The notes under the pieces were generated by a model. It saw nothing but the letters and a program-made list of their open reading frames with translations. It made no database searches and was not told where the DNA came from. Positions 60,613 to 64,000 of a stretch of 64,000 bases of DNA are shown here, piece after piece. Position numbers and translations under genes: made by a program. The stretch is from an uncultured Nitrospiraceae bacterium (GTDB taxonomy: Bacteria > Nitrospirota > Nitrospiria > Nitrospirales > Nitrospiraceae). The stretch spans positions 135,646 through 199,645 of the forward strand of contig CAVSTP010000001.1 of the NCBI GenBank assembly GCA_963730935.1. Reading direction: 5' to 3'. Every line of letters starts with the position of its first letter. The stretch's first letter is position 1.

Positions 60613-63289
60613 GCGGCGATGGCCTCGTTGAGTTCGTGAAGCAGCGTCCTCGAGCCGGCCGCCGAACACTCGGCGCAGCGACGCCCAGCCGCCGTCGTCG
60701 CGAGAATACGGGATCAGGTCGAAGTCCTCGCGGTCGATCGAGAGGTTCTCGAGCAGGTGCTGCGGATCCGGTCGAGCCATGTCTGCTGCTCGGCGGTGAA
60801 CGTCTGCCCGGCAGTGACCTTCGCGAACGCCGCTCGACGCGTTCGGCGGCCGTCAAGAGCGGCTGCTCCTCTCGGCCGCGTGCTTCACCATCGAGATGAT
60901 GTCCACGAGCGCCTTCTGATAGCGCACCTCGTGCGCCTTCTGAAGGTTGTCGACCGTGAAATCGCTCCGACTCTGCGACGAGCTTCTGCGCGCAGCTCGT
61001 CAGGGCCGTAGCGACTCCACTCCTCGGGCCGATCGAGAAGGATGCGGATCGCCTCGATCTGCGCTGGGTTCTCGCGACGAACCGCGCGAACGCTGCGAGG
61101 TAGTCCTCGGGCTTGTACTCGTTGCCGGCCGCGTCGCGAAACTGACCATTCGGACGACACCGTCATCCTCGGCTCGGTGGCGCCGTAGAAACGTCCGCTG
61201 CGGCCGCGGATAGTTGACGAGCAGGTCCTGAAACTCGTCGTCCCGCAGGAGTCTTCATCGCCTCGACGAAGTCGCTGCGCAGCGTCGACGGGAAGCCGCG
61301 CGCGTACTTTGCGAGATCGCCGTCGGGCACGAAGGCTGCGAACAGTCTCGCGCGCCTCGCCCGACATCTCCTTGTCGATGCGCTGGAGCCGCTTGACGAG
61401 GCAGCCGATGTTGTAGTCGCGGTCGCGGTTGCTCCAGATGTCGTCGATGATCTCGCTGATCGTCCGCGTGGGCGGTGTCGGGCGGCTCCGCCGTGATGCC
61501 GGTCGCGTTCTTGAAGTACTCGAGCAGCGTGCCGTCGAAGCAGTCGAACACGGTGAAGTGGGACTTGTCGGGAAACTTCTCGCCCTTGCGCGTGCCGCGC
61601 CCGAGCATCTGCTCGAAGAGGATGCGGGACTTCACCGGCCGCAGGAACACGATGAACTCCAGGTCGGGGATATCGACGCCGGTCGTGAGCAGGTCGACGG
61701 TGACGGCGATGCCGGGTCGGGCCGGTTGCGGAACTCGCGGATGCGCTGGAGCGGCCGGTCGACCCGGCCGGTGATCTTCTGCACGAAGGCGTCGCCGCGC
61801 CCGAACACGTCGCGGCAGATGTCGACGAGCTGGTCGGCGTGCGACGTGTGGGGCAGGTCGTTCACGGCGAAGATGAGCGTCTTCGGGAAGCGGCCGTACC
61901 GCTGCTCGTGCTCGAGCGCGTACTTCTTCAGCTCCTCGATGATCTTGCGGTTCGAGTCGGGCGCGGTGACCTTGCGCTCGATCTCGCCGTGTCGAACTGC
62001 CGCTCGTCTTCGAGCTGGTCCAGCTGCTCGAGCGCCGGTCTCGGGATCGACGACCTCGACGTTCTCCCCTTCGTTCAGGAAGACGCCGTTCATCCGCACG
62101 TCGGAGCTTGACCGTCACCGCGTCGTAGTCCACGAGGTAGCCCTCGCGCACGGCCCGCTCGTACGTCGTAGCGGAAGACCTGATGCGTGAAGTAGGCCTT
62201 GGTGTGGCGGCGGGCGTCGCGGTGAGGCCGATCTTGATCGCGTCGAAGTGGTCGAGCGTGTTCCGCCAGACCGACTCCTCCGCGGCGGTGTAGCCGCGAT
62301 GGCACTCGTCGGCGACGATGACGTCGAAGGCATGAATGGGGATGTCGAGCCGGTCGGCGTCGTCGTCGATCTGCTTCGTCGCCGAGTCCCGAAGATCGCC
62401 TGCTGCGACCGAAGAGGTTGATCGCCATGCGCTGGATCGTGCAGACGTAGACGAAGGCGTGCCCGGGCTGCGGGTCGGTAGGTACTTCGGCGGCAGCACC
62501 TTCGGGTCGAACTTCTCGTCCTCGCCGAAGTCCTCGCGTCTGGAAGCGCTGGCTGTAGACCTCGTAGATCTTGTCGAACTTCAGGCCGGGCTCGGCCTCG
62601 AACGACGCAGAAGGCGCGCACCGCCTGCGCCGCGAGGGCGCGGCGATCGACGAGGAAGAGGACGCGCTTGCGCGACGCCGGACTTCATCAGCCGGTAGAC
62701 CTGGTTCACGAGGGTGAAGGTCTTGCCGGTGCCGGTCGCCATCGCGACGAGCATGTTGCGCTTCCGCTCGGCGATCGCCTTCTCGACGGCGGCGTTCGCC
62801 TCCCTCTGGTAGGTCGCGGAGCGCGGGTGGTCGTTCGGGAGTCGCCAAGCAGCTTGTCGCACGCGGCCTCGAAGTCGCGAGCGAGCAGCTCCCGAAGGGC
62901 GCGGCGTGTGGAAGGCGGCGAATCGCGCCGCGAGCGGTTCAGCGGGTGCCGGACGTCGTGGAACCAAATGACCTCGCCGTTGGTCGAGTAGAGGAACGGT
63001 GCGCGGAAGCCGCCGAAGTTGAACGGGCCGGCGCTCGAGACCCCGTCGCGTACCGCTCGGCCTGGGTCAGGACGTTCTGCGGACCGAGCGTGAGCTTCTT
63101 CGCCTCGACGACCCCGCGACGTGGTCGTCGAGCCAGAGCGCGTAGTCGGCCGGCCCGTTGTCGGTCTCCTCTTCCTCGGTCCTGTGCGCCCCGATCGCGT
63201 TAGCGCTTGGCGAGCGTCCATCCGTGCGCATCGAGCTTCGGGTCGATACGGCGCTTGCGGGTCTTCCACTCGCTCTCGTCTTCGCTCAT
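60609..63289 (-). CDS. hsdR: Type I RM restriction subunit, EcoEI/EcoAI-like (many indels)
   Basis: MSEDESEWKTRKRRID, YSTNGE, MATGTGKT, DECHRG, GLTATP, LTTGVDIP, QMLGRGTR. Confidence 0.9.
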
Positions 63290-63536
63290 CGTGTTTTCGC
63301 AGGGTGTAAGTACAAGGCTTGTTCCGGCCGAAAATTGATACTCTGCCCGACCGTTAGGGGCCGAATGGCGGCGTAAGAGGCATATTTGCCTACATTTTGG
63401 CGGCGCGAGTCTAGCGGATGTGAGCGGAAAAAGCGAGGTCCGGAGAAATGCTCAGGGCTCAGGGCCTGGCGCCTATCGCTACCATTTCAAAGGAAATAGC
63501 TATAATATTGGGCCTACAAAGGTTGAGATGGGCTGA

Positions 63537-64000
63537 ATGATCCTATCTTTCGCATACAAAGGTCCTACAAAAGAACCATGGGAGTTTGAGGAAACTTCAC
63601 TAAGTAAAGTGAATCTCCTTGTCGGGGCTTCAGGATCGGGTAAGACGAGGTTCTCAACACGATATTTAATATCTCTATCTCCATTGTTAAGGGGGAGCCA
63701 TTCAGGCTTGGCGAGTGGGAAATGACTGTAAGAACGCAAGAGTACGAGTATAGATGGGAATCAACAGGCGAAAGGGATGAAAAAGGGACATCTTTCATGA
63801 GTCGTGAGACCATAAGCCGGAAGCCTTTGAATTCAGATGGTCAGATGGAAAATTTGGTTACTCGCACACGAGAGGATTTTCTTTTCTTAGGCAATAAACT
63901 TCCAAAGCCCCAGCTGGATAAACTTAGCGTTACGTTGTTGAAGGAGGAAGAAAGTATTCGACCCCTTTTTGAGACTTTCAGTAATGTCCAACGACGCAAT
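63537..64000 (+). CDS. ABC/AAA_21-type ATPase N-terminus (frameshift near 63650, runs off window)
   Basis: VNLLVGASGSGKT Walker A; the other frame stays open to the end; AT-rich. Confidence 0.7.

Larger units (their letters stand above)
50913..64000 (-). mobile_element. Satellite-like integrative element at tRNA-Glu; far boundary not in window
   Basis: Serine recombinase abutting the tRNA 3' end, XRE genes, TerS-like gene, primase-DUF3987, defence cargo. Confidence 0.8.

Noticed and set aside
59660..63269. Long Arg-rich ORFs (398, 414, 252 aa and others) as novel proteins
   Set aside because: They are out-of-frame readings of indel-ridden hsdM/hsdR

Overview
A bacterial chromosomal window, most likely Nitrospira (inferred from gene content and intergenic repeat style; no search was run). 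Positions 1-32.8 kb are intact core genome: a co-oriented run of ATP-grasp ligase, glutaredoxin, KamA radical SAM, dCTP deaminase, TIGR04283/04282 transferases and an SDR; a diguanylate cyclase; a YkgJ-DUF2156 fusion; a hybrid kinase; a CbbQ/NorD chaperone pair; FTR, mdh, a stand-alone NuoF with ferredoxin and erpA; queD, folE, rarA, an ABC-F, tRNA-Ala and purA. Positions 32.9-45.4 kb are a decaying stack of islands at tRNA-Lys, with a perfect 49-bp att repeat, a further 19-bp att remnant, a truncated tyrosine integrase and arm-type repeats. Positions 45.4-50.7 kb hold an SGNH protein, Ku with a MerR-TPR gene, MarR and lipoproteins. From 50.9 kb to the end lies a capsid-less, satellite-like element at tRNA-Glu: large serine recombinase, XRE, TerS-like HTH, iteron origin, primase-DUF3987, a type I RM system and an AAA ATPase. 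The most striking candidates are (1) this element, whose recombinase reading frame appears to run antisense through the tRNA and stop in its anticodon loop, (2) a Pro-rich leader peptide upstream of the ABC-F gene, (3) the ATP-grasp/Grx/KamA operon, and (4) a modular MITE-like repeat family. Many indels beyond 51 kb are probably sequencing or consensus errors.
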